From a virus, in IMG/VR virus record IMGVR_UViG_3300037507_002457, positions 4,235-68,234 of that record: 64,000 nt of DNA. One strand, written 5' to 3'. The translations under genes were made by a program, and so were the position numbers. The notes under the pieces are model-generated. The model was not told the DNA's origin. It ran no database searches and saw only the letters and a list, made by a program, of their open reading frames with translations. Position 1 is the stretch's first letter. Each line of letters begins with the position of its first letter. This document shows positions 41,187 through 51,696 of this stretch, in pieces.

Positions 41187-42233
41187 ATGAGTACTACTAC
41201 CAATACTACTATTCCATATGTCATCAAGACAAATGGCTCCGTCACACTCTATCTCAATGGCGAGTGTTTGACTGTGGCTACTGACCATCCCAACTATAAT
41301 AAGATCATTGAGAGTATCAAGGCTGGTGATTTCTCTAATATTGATAATCTTGTCAATATTGCCAAGGCTATAGTTTCTTTTACTTATGGCCAATCCGTCT
41401 CGGTGGTGAATGGCGAGATTTTCTATAATGGCTTTGCTATTCATAATACACTTACCACTCGCATTCTCAAGATGATGACAGATGGTTTCAAGTTTGACCA
41501 TATGGTCAAGTTCCTTGACAACCTGATGCAGAATCCCAGTAAGCGTGCGGTGGATGAAACATACTGGTTCCTTGAGAACTATGGTCTGCCTATCACCGAT
41601 GATGGTTGCTTCCTTGCCTATAAGGCGGTTCGTAGCAACTATACCGATATTTATAGTGGCAAGTTTTTCAATGGCATTGGTGGTGTAGTTTCGATGCCTC
41701 GTAATATGGTGGACGACAACTATGGTATTGATTGTAGCAATGGTCTGCACGTTGGTGCTCTTGACTATGTTGTTCAGTATGGTCATTTCAAGAAGGGCGA
41801 GGCTCCTGCTGCTGGCGGAAATCGCCTGCTCATCGTCAAGGTCAACCCCAAGGATGTGGTCAGCGTGCCCAAGTACGAGGGTCATACCAAGATGCGTGTG
41901 TGTGAATACACCGTCGCGTCCGAAATCAACGACGTAATCAAGGAACTGGATAAGGTTGTTTATACCAGCAAGGCAGAAGAAATCCAGCCCGACAATGATG
42001 ATTATGACTCGGAGGAAGATTACAGCGATTCCAACGACGATTTGTGCGACAATAGTGCGTGCAGTTGCTCTTCTGAGCAGAATGATTGCGACGTTGTTGA
42101 GCAAGAGTATATTGCTGGAACAAAGGACGGAAAGAATGATCGTTCTTCTGGTCTTGACTATGGCACAAATATGCGTTCTGAATCCAGTATGGATTATCAC
42201 AACGGATATTTTGATGGCTATTATATGAGCTAA
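41187..42233 (+). CDS. rIIB: RIIB-like protein
   Basis: FLDNLMQNPS, LPITDDGCFLAYKAV, SMPRNMVDDN..CSNGLHVG, VKVNPKDVVSVP, KMRVCEYTV. Confidence 0.9.
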   Translation: MSTTTNTTIPYVIKTNGSVTLYLNGECLTVATDHPNYNKIIESIKAGDFSNIDNLVNIAKAIVSFTYGQSVSVVNGEIFYNGFAIHNTLTTRILKMMTDGFKFDHMVKFLDNLMQNPSKRAVDETYWFLENYGLPITDDGCFLAYKAVRSNYTDIYSGKFFNGIGGVVSMPRNMVDDNYGIDCSNGLHVGALDYVVQYGHFKKGEAPAAGGNRLLIVKVNPKDVVSVPKYEGHTKMRVCEYTVASEINDVIKELDKVVYTSKAEEIQPDNDDYDSEEDYSDSNDDLCDNSACSCSSEQNDCDVVEQEYIAGTKDGKNDRSSGLDYGTNMRSESSMDYHNGYFDGYYMS

Positions 42234-42295
42234 AATTTGGTAAGGTAAACTAACTAAAAACAAATAACATAATTAACAATTAACATATTAAACTT

Positions 42296-42658
42296 ATGTC
42301 TAATAAAAAGAAGAATACAATAAACATCGAGTGGCCCACAAACCGCCACTTTACTATCGACGACATCCAGAACTTGTATCCGGATGCCGTGAACATCACT
42401 CTTCGTTTCAGAGTGAACAAGGCAGTTGAAAGCAAGCAGATCGTTGCTATCGGCAAAATCAAGCCTGCTATTGGTCGTCCCAAGATGGTGTTTGCTTCGG
42501 CAAATCCTTCTAAGGAAGTCCTCGATGCTGCCAAGGCTGCTGGTGTTATCTTCAACGACGAGCCCAAGGCTGCTATTACTGTTGCCGAGGTCAAGTCTGA
42601 AAAGAAGACCAAGGCTACACCAGCCTCTGTTCCTGCGGTCAATGTTGCCGCTAGTTAA
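42296..42658 (+). CDS. Hypothetical protein (possible winged-helix DNA-binding)
   Basis: FTIDDI..ITLRFRVNKAVE..GRPKMVF. Codon usage resembles the early genes. Confidence 0.7.
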   Translation: MSNKKKNTINIEWPTNRHFTIDDIQNLYPDAVNITLRFRVNKAVESKQIVAIGKIKPAIGRPKMVFASANPSKEVLDAAKAAGVIFNDEPKAAITVAEVKSEKKTKATPASVPAVNVAAS

Positions 42659-42680
42659 TAAATAACAAAGGTTATGCGCG

Positions 42681-42713
42681 AAGCCGCTATGGTGAAAAAC
42701 CATAGCGGCTTTC
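42681..42713 (+). terminator. Rho-independent terminator
   Basis: AAGCCGCTATGG-loop-CCATAGCGGCTT then TC. Confidence 0.8.
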
Positions 42714-42771
42714 TATTTATATGCATAAAAGACTGGTCAAAAGTAATTTTGATCTCTAATATAGGTTATAT

Positions 42772-42984
42772 ATGATCGACGCAATAACAGAAATAATTAA
42801 ATCTTGGCATGGTGCTTGGCAGTTTGTGTTTTTATTTGGAACAGCGTTCTTGTTTATGGTAGTGAATGTATCACTGATAGATCTCGTATCTTCTTTTTTC
42901 AACAATACGCTGCCAATATTATTAAGAGGATATCCACCGGCACATTTATCTGAAGAAAAAGAATCAGAGAAAGACGATGATTAA
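42772..42984 (+). CDS. Small membrane protein
   Basis: One hydrophobic segment (WQFVFLFGTAFLFMVV). Confidence 0.6.
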   Translation: MIDAITEIIKSWHGAWQFVFLFGTAFLFMVVNVSLIDLVSSFFNNTLPILLRGYPPAHLSEEKESEKDDD

Positions 42985-43225
42985 AATCATTATTAATTCC
43001 AACGATACCTGTTTGGCAAAGCATATAGACAAGCCAATAGTATCATTATATCCACGCACAAAGATAAACGTGGTATGTGGAAACTGTAATTTAACATTTG
43101 CTACAAGCGACTATATACCAGATAAAAACAGGTATATATCAAATTGTCCGCACTGCGGTAAATGGAATAGGCTAAATTTATATACTATGGGGGTAAAAGA
43201 ACGGCGTTTTTTGACCACCTCTTGA
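42977..43225 (+). CDS. Small Zn-ribbon protein
   Basis: CGNC..CPHC. Confidence 0.6.
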   Translation: MIKIIINSNDTCLAKHIDKPIVSLYPRTKINVVCGNCNLTFATSDYIPDKNRYISNCPHCGKWNRLNLYTMGVKERRFLTTS

Positions 43226-43243
43226 TAGTTATAATAATACAGA

Positions 43244-44029
43244 ATGAGCCTTTTTATAAAAAGAAATCCACCATCAGATGGAAACCCAGAGGGAATTATA
43301 TATGCCCCTAAAGATGCATTGTTTTTTAAAACTGGTTCTTTTTATAGAATAAATTATTCTGGGTCAAATCACAATGGTGCATGGGAAAATGTATTTTTTA
43401 CAAAAACGGAATATCCTTTTTATCTTAGAGTATTAGCCGATATAGGTTTGTTGAGACAGGCAGATACAGGTTCTTATGTATATGTTAAAACTACATCCAA
43501 CGTCGCAAATACTGGTTGGAAGTTGGTCAGTAAAAAATCAATACTATTTCTGCAACCTACTCCCACACCAAGTGTCACTCGCACAGTGACACCAACGCCT
43601 ACTCAGACCAGAACAAATACACCAACTCCCACCGTAACTGCTACTGTAACTGTTAGTGTAACAACAAGTCCGACACATACTCCAACTCATACACCAACAA
43701 GAACTCCTACGCCGACTATAACTCCAACGTTAACTCCAACTTCAACGTCAAACCCGACGCCAACGCCTACTCCATTTCCAACAGGAACTCCGTCAAATAC
43801 TCCCACAAAGAGTGTCACACCCACACCAGGATCTTCTCTAACGCCAACACTAACGGTCACTCCGACAATTACCGGCACACCTACTACAACGCCAACAAAT
43901 ACTACGACACCAACGATTACTGTTACTGCAACAACAACTCCAACAAAAACGCCCACGGCAACATCTACGGCGACACCAACAAACACGCCAACAACGACTC
44001 CAACGGAAAGTCCCCCATATAGTATTTAA
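43244..44029 (+). CDS. Protein with a mucin-like Pro/Thr repeat tail
   Basis: About 105 aa N-terminal domain followed by about 155 aa of (T/S)PT repeats. Confidence 0.85.
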   Translation: MSLFIKRNPPSDGNPEGIIYAPKDALFFKTGSFYRINYSGSNHNGAWENVFFTKTEYPFYLRVLADIGLLRQADTGSYVYVKTTSNVANTGWKLVSKKSILFLQPTPTPSVTRTVTPTPTQTRTNTPTPTVTATVTVSVTTSPTHTPTHTPTRTPTPTITPTLTPTSTSNPTPTPTPFPTGTPSNTPTKSVTPTPGSSLTPTLTVTPTITGTPTTTPTNTTTPTITVTATTTPTKTPTATSTATPTNTPTTTPTESPPYSI

Positions 44030-44030
44030 T

Positions 44031-45779
44031 ATGTTTAAATGGTTACATAATGTTATAAAAAAAAGATACGAGGTATCAATCGTAATTCCTACCTACAAAA
44101 ATACAAAATTTTTGGAGGAATGTATTGATTCCATAATTATTTCGGCGAAGAGGTGCGATTCTTTCGAAATATTACTAGGTATAGACAATTGCAATGAGAC
44201 GTTAGTGTTTTTGAACAGCCATAAAATTTTTAAAAATAGTTGTATTAAAATATTTTATTTTTCAAAAAATGTTGGTCCATATATAATAAGAAATACTTTA
44301 CTTAAAAAGGCAAAATATAAAAATATTTTATTTTTTGATTCGGACGACGTAATGATGCCAGATTCGATAAAAAAAATAAACGAAGCATTGTTGCAGAATG
44401 ATATTGTAAAATATAAATTTTATAATTTTGACCACGGAAAAAATTTTTCTGGTGATAAAAATTTGAGTAAATCGTCAATATATTCCCACGGATGTTTTGG
44501 TATAAAAAAACAACTATTGATTGATATGAATGGATTTCGTCCGTGGACATGCGCGGCAGATGCAGAATTCTCGGAACGATGTGCGGCTCAATCTATTCCG
44601 GTCCATAAAATAGAAGATCCATTATTTTATAGAAGATATCACGAAAACAATTTGTCTAAACAGTTGCGACCAAATTCAATATCTTCCACAAAAGATAAAT
44701 ATTCTAATATGATATATGACTTACGTGCACACGACGTATGGCCAAATCCAGAATATTTATTCACTGAAAATTATAGCACTATTCAATTGTTCGGCGAATT
44801 GAATTATGTAATCTCGAAAAAAAATGAAAAACCCATCGATACTTTCACGATATATGGGTTAGGAAATGATGGAAAATTAAAAATGAACGAATCGCACGTA
44901 CACAATGATATGGCAGTAATGTGCTGCTATTATAATTGGTGCGGGTTTGAGCATCCAAAAAATAATTTTTACAGATTTCTGGGAAGAATGAAATATGACG
45001 GCGTTCCTTTATATGGAATAGAACTGTCACTTACGGATAAATTTGAAACTACGGATATGGATGGATTTATACAGATCAAGGTAAATAGAAATAATATTTG
45101 TTTTCAAAAAGAAGCTGCATTAAATTTATTGGAAAAATATATACCAGAACATTTTACAAAGATTGCGTGGATAGACACCGACCTTATTTTTACAAATAAA
45201 AAATGGTATATAGATACTTCCAACGCACTAACAAAGTATAAGTTGGTACAAATGTATCAAACTGGAAACCTGACAAACAGATATGGTGGTATTATAAAAA
45301 ATACATTGGGAAACATCCACGCGGGTGGTCCGACTAAGACAAACGAGGGTCATCCCGGTGGTGCATGGGCAGCAAATAGAGAATTTTGGAAACACGGGGG
45401 ATTATATCCGTATTGTGCCGTTGGAGGAGGAGACACATTATTTTTATATTCGTTGTTTGAAAACTGTATAAATGATAGGCCCGTGTTTAAAAACTTAAGT
45501 GGTAAGTCCCACACAGAATATACAGCCTGGAAAGAAAAGATATATGCTTATGTGAACGAATCGGTAACCTGTATAAAGGGTGGATTCATTCACGAATGGC
45601 ACGGAGAGAAAGAAGGAAGAAATTATAAGTTTAGACATAAAATATTAAAAAAATTAGATATTGCAAATTGCATAAAATTAAATAGTATTGGTTTATTGCA
45701 GATTGACAATGTAGAAGAATCGGTATACAAGGATATATTCGAATATTTCTTAAATAGAAATGAAGATGGAATTTTATGA
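44031..45779 (+). CDS. Two-domain glycosyltransferase (GT2 plus second GT-A domain)
   Basis: VSIVIPTY, LFFDSDD, YYRR-like FYRRYH. Second domain has FQKEAALN, AWIDTDLIF, GGGD, HEWHG. Confidence 0.85.
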   Translation: MFKWLHNVIKKRYEVSIVIPTYKNTKFLEECIDSIIISAKRCDSFEILLGIDNCNETLVFLNSHKIFKNSCIKIFYFSKNVGPYIIRNTLLKKAKYKNILFFDSDDVMMPDSIKKINEALLQNDIVKYKFYNFDHGKNFSGDKNLSKSSIYSHGCFGIKKQLLIDMNGFRPWTCAADAEFSERCAAQSIPVHKIEDPLFYRRYHENNLSKQLRPNSISSTKDKYSNMIYDLRAHDVWPNPEYLFTENYSTIQLFGELNYVISKKNEKPIDTFTIYGLGNDGKLKMNESHVHNDMAVMCCYYNWCGFEHPKNNFYRFLGRMKYDGVPLYGIELSLTDKFETTDMDGFIQIKVNRNNICFQKEAALNLLEKYIPEHFTKIAWIDTDLIFTNKKWYIDTSNALTKYKLVQMYQTGNLTNRYGGIIKNTLGNIHAGGPTKTNEGHPGGAWAANREFWKHGGLYPYCAVGGGDTLFLYSLFENCINDRPVFKNLSGKSHTEYTAWKEKIYAYVNESVTCIKGGFIHEWHGEKEGRNYKFRHKILKKLDIANCIKLNSIGLLQIDNVEESVYKDIFEYFLNRNEDGIL

Positions 45780-46468
45780 AAAACATTGAACTAATAGTAG
45801 GGTTTGGAGAAATAGGAAAGTCTATGTATAATATACTTAAAGAAAAGTATGAAGTATATTCCGTCGATTATAACCAATCCATAGATGTAAAAGATGTGAA
45901 TGTAATGCATATCTGCTTCCCATACAGCAAAGAGTTTGTGCGTGAAGTTAAAAAATATAAGAAGTTGTATAAGCCAACGTATACTGTTATTCATAGCACG
46001 GTTCCGATGAAAACCGCTAAGAAATGTAAAGCATACTATTCTCCGGTACGTGGCATACATCCACACTTGGAACAGAGTTTAAAAACGTTTGTCAAATATT
46101 TGGCTCCAAGATGCGAATATTTGGTAAAGTACTTCAACGAAGTCGGTGTCGCCGTTGAAGAACACGACAGCCAAGAATCACTTGAAGTCATGAAGTTGTA
46201 TTGTACGACTTTATACGGGCTTAATATAATCGCGGAAAAGGAGATATACAACTTCTGTAAGAAGCATAATCTTGATTTTGACATGGTGTATATAAAATCA
46301 AATCGGACATACAATATAGGATATGAAAAGTTAGGATTTCCGCAATATGCACGATATAATCTGAAGCACGAGGATGGAAAGATTGGTGGTCATTGTGTTA
46401 TACCAAATTGCGATTTGCTGAAAACGGATATTGCCAAGTTCATAGTCAAGCAGAACAATAAACTATGA
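45776..46468 (+). CDS. Truncated UDP-glucose/GDP-mannose dehydrogenase-family protein
   Basis: IVGFGEIG Rossmann motif, IHSTVP, SPVRG, EVMKL, IGGHCVIPN with the catalytic Cys. No C-terminal domain. Confidence 0.75.
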   Translation: MKNIELIVGFGEIGKSMYNILKEKYEVYSVDYNQSIDVKDVNVMHICFPYSKEFVREVKKYKKLYKPTYTVIHSTVPMKTAKKCKAYYSPVRGIHPHLEQSLKTFVKYLAPRCEYLVKYFNEVGVAVEEHDSQESLEVMKLYCTTLYGLNIIAEKEIYNFCKKHNLDFDMVYIKSNRTYNIGYEKLGFPQYARYNLKHEDGKIGGHCVIPNCDLLKTDIAKFIVKQNNKL

Positions 46469-47079
46469 AACATATAATCCTCAGTCGATGTAACTTTGTA
46501 GACGATGGATTATTCAGGAAATATTTTGAAGTAATGAAAAATACGTTCATACCTTCGGTAAAAAAACAAATTTGCAAAAACTTTAAATTGTTTTTTAATA
46601 CCAACAATGAAAAGTATCCACATCATCAAGAACTAATACATCAAGAGTTTAAAGAAAGTGGAATAGATGTAGATACAACGTTAAGCGATTTTGGAAACTA
46701 TGTAATCGGCAACGGCTATAACATTCAGACCCGTCACGATTGCGACGATTATATGGATCCCAAATATATTCAAAAAATACAAGAAATTTATAATGAGAAT
46801 ATAGAAAAATATGATGAGTTTCTGATTCACGCCCAGCCAACAAAACTCGATTTTAATACTGGAGAGGAATATACTACAAAAACGTATCCAGATAACTGTA
46901 CATCTATGTTTCTCACGTTATGCCAGAGAACACCAAACAAACATATATTACACACATATCACGGTCAGTTTCCTAAATTTGTGTCAAAAGTGATTTCAAT
47001 AGAGACTGGATACGTAAAACTAGTAATACACGACAACAATAAATCATCAAAAATATCCGGTATAGATAAAAAAATATGA
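46465..47079 (+). CDS. Putative glycosyltransferase (GT-A, rhamnosyltransferase-like)
   Basis: HIILSRCNF, FIPSVKKQ, QTRHDCDD, LVIHDNN. Confidence 0.65.
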   Translation: MKHIILSRCNFVDDGLFRKYFEVMKNTFIPSVKKQICKNFKLFFNTNNEKYPHHQELIHQEFKESGIDVDTTLSDFGNYVIGNGYNIQTRHDCDDYMDPKYIQKIQEIYNENIEKYDEFLIHAQPTKLDFNTGEEYTTKTYPDNCTSMFLTLCQRTPNKHILHTYHGQFPKFVSKVISIETGYVKLVIHDNNKSSKISGIDKKI

Positions 47080-48320
47080 AACACGCAATTGTAACTAGAT
47101 GTAACTTCGCAGATGACAAGCTGTTTATGCGGTATTTTATACCCATGAGAAAATTTTTTATACCGTCAATATGCGCTCAGTCTAATAAAGATTTTACATT
47201 ATATATTACGACGAATCAACAAATACCAAAGCACGCGGAAATGATTAAAAAAGAATTTATTAAAAACAATTCTAAAGTTAATGTCGTTTGCAACCAAAGT
47301 AGCTATAAACAAATTATACTCGCAGAAGGATATAACATACAAACTAGACACGACTGTGACGATTATATGGAAAATAATTATGTTCAATCGATACACGAAA
47401 GTTATTTAAAACATATTGAAAAGTACAAAAAATTTTTATTATTCGCGCAACCTACAAAAGTAGATATGCATACGGGTGAAGAATATATGGGCAGAATATA
47501 TACCGACAGGTCTCCTTCCATGTTTTTATCGTTGTGCCAAGAAACTCCAGAAATATGGTTAATGACTGAACAGCACGATAAATTTTATTCTATTGTTAAA
47601 AAATCATTCGAGCTTCCAAAAAATTTGGTAAAACTTATTGTTCACGGATACAATGCAGCAACTACGATACAAAAAAATAACACCAAGATTGGAAGAAATT
47701 TGATGGTATTGGCAGAAAAATACAATACAGATAAAAAAGTTCCAAATAGTATTTTGCCAAAAAATGGTATCAAGGGACATGGATATGTAGAACATTATCA
47801 AAAAATATTAAAAAATAGAAACATACAAGATATGCTTGAGATTGGTGTTAGTTTTGGAAGTTCTTTGAAGATGTGGGACGATTATTTTGACAAAAAGTGT
47901 AATATTACCGGAATAGATATTAATGAGAATAGATTTAAAAAGAGTGAGTTGGAAAGTGACACGATAAAAATAAAAATTGGTGATCAATCAGATCCTTCTT
48001 TTCTAAGAAGTTTACGAGATAAAAAGTACGATTTTATATTAGATGACGGTAGTCATGTTCACGAACATCATATAATTTCTTTCAATGAATTATTTTGTAC
48101 GCTGAATGCTGGAGGAGTATATGCCATAGAAGATCTGCACGTTGCATTAAATACTATAAAAGTATTTAAGGCTATACAAGCACGATCTATGGAGTTTAAC
48201 AATAAAATTAATCCTGATGTGATATCTATGGTTGACAAAATAGAGTTTTATTCTAATGATAAGCTGTGTATAATATACAAAAAACACGACATAGAACCAC
48301 GACGTATCGGAGTACAATAA
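47076..48320 (+). CDS. Glycosyltransferase fused to a class I SAM methyltransferase
   Basis: N-terminal half is paralogous to the previous ORF (QTRHDCDD). C-terminal half has KYNTDK..HGYVEHY, MLEIGV..GSSL, GDQSD, DDGSH, GGVYAIED. Confidence 0.8.
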   Translation: MKHAIVTRCNFADDKLFMRYFIPMRKFFIPSICAQSNKDFTLYITTNQQIPKHAEMIKKEFIKNNSKVNVVCNQSSYKQIILAEGYNIQTRHDCDDYMENNYVQSIHESYLKHIEKYKKFLLFAQPTKVDMHTGEEYMGRIYTDRSPSMFLSLCQETPEIWLMTEQHDKFYSIVKKSFELPKNLVKLIVHGYNAATTIQKNNTKIGRNLMVLAEKYNTDKKVPNSILPKNGIKGHGYVEHYQKILKNRNIQDMLEIGVSFGSSLKMWDDYFDKKCNITGIDINENRFKKSELESDTIKIKIGDQSDPSFLRSLRDKKYDFILDDGSHVHEHHIISFNELFCTLNAGGVYAIEDLHVALNTIKVFKAIQARSMEFNNKINPDVISMVDKIEFYSNDKLCIIYKKHDIEPRRIGVQ

Positions 48321-48370
48321 TTGCGTGAAAATTTGTGGTATACTGTAGATCGTACTATTCGTATTAAACC

Positions 48371-48398
48371 TTGACAATTGTATCTATTCTGTTAGAGT
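48371..48398 (+). promoter_or_regulatory. Sigma70-like promoter of the polB operon
   Basis: TTGACA-16 nt-TAGAGT, with the ATG 8 nt downstream. Confidence 0.6.
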
Positions 48399-48405
48399 TT
48401 TTGGT

Positions 48406-50922
48406 ATGTATCAAGCCATATTCTATGATCGCAAGGCCAACTTTGTGCACGTTTGGGATGACCAAAATGGTTATGCCAGAGTGAAGTATGTGCCATATGC
48501 GTATAAAAAGAAGAAGGGCGGAAAATATAAGTCCATTTATGGTCAAGAACTTGAGCGAGTTGAGAAGTTCAATCCGCGAGATTCTTCGTTGCTTGAGTCG
48601 GATGTTCCTGTTGAAACTCGTTTTCTGATAGATGTTTATGGAAGCAGCGATGATGTATCATCCAACCATCGTCTTGCGGTGCTTGACATTGAAGTGGATT
48701 CTACTGGCGGATATCCCAACGTGGAAAATCCTGTGCAGAAGATTACTGCTATTGCGTTGTGCGATGTAGCAAATAACAAATACTATTGCTTTGTTCTTGA
48801 TGAAGATGGTGTTGTAAAAGATGGCGTAATGCACGGTGCAGAAGTAACTGCGTATCTGCACGAACAAGATTTGCTCAAGGCGTTCTTGACCAAGTGGAGA
48901 GAAGTCAATCCTACTATTGCTACTGGATGGAACATTGACGGCTTTGACTTTCCTTATCTTCACGCTCGACTGCTCAAAGTGTTTGATGAAGAAACTGCTG
49001 GGCAGTTGTCTCCCATCGGAGTTTGCTATTTCAACAAGTTCAAGAACAAGATGACCATCGCTGGCGTGAATACGCTGGACTATATCTTGCTGTATAAGAA
49101 ATATAGCCAGAAGAACTTGCCCAACTATCGTCTTGATACTGTCGCCAAGGAAGAACTGGGTGTTGGTAAGGTTGATTATGATGGTTCTCTGGACAACTTG
49201 AAGAAGACCGACATCAACAAGTTTATTGAGTATAACTTGCACGACATTGTGCTTGTTCGCAAGATGAATGACAAGTTGCAGTTCATTGACCTTGCTCAGA
49301 GCATCTGCCACGTTTGTCACACGGGTTATGAAGAATTCAGCATTTCCAGCAAGATTCTTGAAGGTGCGTTGCTTACATATCTTCGCCGCAAGAAACTTGT
49401 TGCTCCAAACAAGCCACAACAAAAAGATGACGAAGACTCTGTTGGAGACGACGAGGATGATAGTGAAGAAGGATTTGTTGGTGCGTATGTAAAAGATCCT
49501 GTACCTGGTCGATATGATTGGGTATGTTCTGCCGACATCAACTCGCTGTATCCCAGCGTGATCATGAGCATCAACATCTCTCCAGAGACCAAGATGGCAG
49601 TAATCAATAACTGGAGTGCGGAGAAGTTTGCCAAGCAGACAGAAGATGTTGTTGATTTTGCCGACGACAAATATACATACAAGCAACTCAACACGTTCTT
49701 TGCGGAAAACAACCTGTCTGTAAGTGCCAACGGGGTGGTATATGATCAGAAAAAGATTGGTTGTATTCCAGATATTCTAAAGAAGTGGTTTGCTGAACGT
49801 GTAGAATACAAGAACAAGATGAAAGAAGCGTCTGATAGTGGAGACAAGGCGGCTACTGCATTCTGGAAGCGTCGTCAGCAAGTGCAGAAGATTTTGCTTA
49901 ACTCGTTGTATGGTGTTCTTGGTCTTCCCATTTTCAGATTCTATGATCTTGATAATGCCGCCGCTGTTACACTTACTGGACAGGAAATCATCAAGACCAG
50001 TGCCAAGTTTGTAAATGCCCGCTTCAACAAACGCTGCGATACAAAAGACAAGGACTATGTAATCTATATTGATACTGACTCGCTGTATCTTGACATCAAC
50101 TCTCTTGCCAAGCACGAGAAGATAATAGACATCAAGCCATATGCCATCAATACTATCAATGAGGTTGCTGACGGCTTGAATGACTTTTACAAGGTGATGA
50201 TGGTAAAGATGTTCAATAGCACAGACAATCGCATCAAGATTGCTCCCGACGTTGTTGCTCAAGCCGCATTCTGGATAGTCAAGAAGCGTTATGCAATGCT
50301 CAAGGTGTATAATATGGAACTGGGTAAGGACACCAACGACATTGAAATCAAGGGTCTGGACGTTGTGCGTTCAAGTTACCCCAAGAAGTTCAGAGATTTT
50401 ATGAGTTCGGTGCTGGAAGACATATTGCGTGGTACAGACAAGAAGCAACTGGATAAGAAGATTCTGGACTTCAAGTCGTCTATGAAGTCGTTCAACCTTG
50501 AAGACATTGCCAAGAATACTTCTGTTCGGTTCATCGCCAATACCGACGCCAAGACAGATTTCAATCCCAAGGATAGAGAACTATTTCATTTCGTTGATGG
50601 TTCTACTGCTCAGTGTAAGGCTGCTCTCGCATATAACGATATGCTAAAGAGATATAATCTTACAGAAACAGAACCCATTATGAGCGGCGGAAAAATCAAA
50701 TGGGCATATGTAAAAAGTAATCCATTTGGCTTGGATGGACTTGCGTTCAAGGATGATGGTAAAGACCCCAAGATTGTTATGGACTTTATCAATCAGTATA
50801 TTGACCGTAACCGTATCTGGGATGCTGAGTTAGAAAAGAAACTCAAGCACTTTTATGAAGCACTAAACTGGACATTATACAGCGAAGATGAAGAAGCAAT
50901 CAGTGAGTTCTTTGCTTTTTGA
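48406..50922 (+). CDS. Family-B DNA polymerase (gp43-like)
   Basis: Exo I LDIEVD, Exo II GWNIDGFD, YNLHD; DINSLYPS, KILLNSLYG, YIDTDS, KKRY, KGLD. Confidence 0.97.
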   Translation: MYQAIFYDRKANFVHVWDDQNGYARVKYVPYAYKKKKGGKYKSIYGQELERVEKFNPRDSSLLESDVPVETRFLIDVYGSSDDVSSNHRLAVLDIEVDSTGGYPNVENPVQKITAIALCDVANNKYYCFVLDEDGVVKDGVMHGAEVTAYLHEQDLLKAFLTKWREVNPTIATGWNIDGFDFPYLHARLLKVFDEETAGQLSPIGVCYFNKFKNKMTIAGVNTLDYILLYKKYSQKNLPNYRLDTVAKEELGVGKVDYDGSLDNLKKTDINKFIEYNLHDIVLVRKMNDKLQFIDLAQSICHVCHTGYEEFSISSKILEGALLTYLRRKKLVAPNKPQQKDDEDSVGDDEDDSEEGFVGAYVKDPVPGRYDWVCSADINSLYPSVIMSINISPETKMAVINNWSAEKFAKQTEDVVDFADDKYTYKQLNTFFAENNLSVSANGVVYDQKKIGCIPDILKKWFAERVEYKNKMKEASDSGDKAATAFWKRRQQVQKILLNSLYGVLGLPIFRFYDLDNAAAVTLTGQEIIKTSAKFVNARFNKRCDTKDKDYVIYIDTDSLYLDINSLAKHEKIIDIKPYAINTINEVADGLNDFYKVMMVKMFNSTDNRIKIAPDVVAQAAFWIVKKRYAMLKVYNMELGKDTNDIEIKGLDVVRSSYPKKFRDFMSSVLEDILRGTDKKQLDKKILDFKSSMKSFNLEDIAKNTSVRFIANTDAKTDFNPKDRELFHFVDGSTAQCKAALAYNDMLKRYNLTETEPIMSGGKIKWAYVKSNPFGLDGLAFKDDGKDPKIVMDFINQYIDRNRIWDAELEKKLKHFYEALNWTLYSEDEEAISEFFAF

Positions 50923-50967
50923 CATTGACAAACCATACATTTTATACATCATATAAACACTACTACT

Positions 50968-51696
50968 ATGAATAAATCAGAACTAAACAAGTTCATTGAC
51001 CTTTACAATCTAAACGGGACGATTGAGTCCGTGAAGATTGTATCTGACGGAAGTGCCATCAAGACGAACTTCGTATCCGAGGATCGTACTCTTGCCGGTA
51101 TTGTTTCCTTTTCCAACATCAAGATTGATAACGGCGAGTATGGCATTCACGATACTGCTCAAGTCAAGAAGATGATTGGCGTGCTGGACGAAACTATTGA
51201 AATCGCCGTGAATAAGATTGATGACCGACCCATCAGTTGGTCTGTGTCTGATGGCTCCACTGACTCCACGGTATTGCTGGCGGACCTGTCTATTATTCCA
51301 TCCGCCCCCAAGGTCAAGGAAATCAAGTCATATGATGTTGAGATTCCTATGGATGATATTTTCATTGAGAAGTATATCAAGGCCAAGAATGCTCTGCCGG
51401 AAGTTGAGACATTTACTCTTCTTATGAACAAGAAGGACAAGATGGAACTGGTGATCGGATATAGCAACATCAATACCAGCCGCATCAAGTTGGATGTGTC
51501 GCCGATTGCTGGCAAGGACAAGTTGGACAAGCCCATCAGTTTTAATGCCAACTATTTCAAGGAGATCATCAGCAAGAGTCGTGGTCTTGGCGGAGTCATC
51601 TTCAAGGTCGCTGCTGCTGGCATTTCCAACATATCATTCAAGAACAAGGACTTTGAAGCGTCCTATTTCCTCATCAAGAAGGAGATTGACAACTAA
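50968..51696 (+). CDS. Sliding clamp (gp45-like)
   Basis: 242 aa between polB and the clamp loader, with a beta-rich two-domain pattern. Confidence 0.7.
   Translation: MNKSELNKFIDLYNLNGTIESVKIVSDGSAIKTNFVSEDRTLAGIVSFSNIKIDNGEYGIHDTAQVKKMIGVLDETIEIAVNKIDDRPISWSVSDGSTDSTVLLADLSIIPSAPKVKEIKSYDVEIPMDDIFIEKYIKAKNALPEVETFTLLMNKKDKMELVIGYSNINTSRIKLDVSPIAGKDKLDKPISFNANYFKEIISKSRGLGGVIFKVAAAGISNISFKNKDFEASYFLIKKEIDN

Noticed and set aside
38878-42263. Long minus-strand ORFs (436 aa and 395 aa) opposite rIIA and rIIB
   Set aside because: Shadow ORFs from biased codon usage on the coding strand. They are I/V/N-rich with no motifs, and the + strand genes are clearly recognisable.
43553-44016. Repetitive ACNCCN tract as a CRISPR array or DNA repeat
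   Set aside because: Third positions vary freely, so it is a protein-level Pro/Thr repeat. No repeat-spacer array was seen anywhere in the window.
48658-50262. Antisense ORFs within polB, and similar ones within SSB, helicase and vWA genes
   Set aside because: Same shadow effect, fully overlapping conserved genes.
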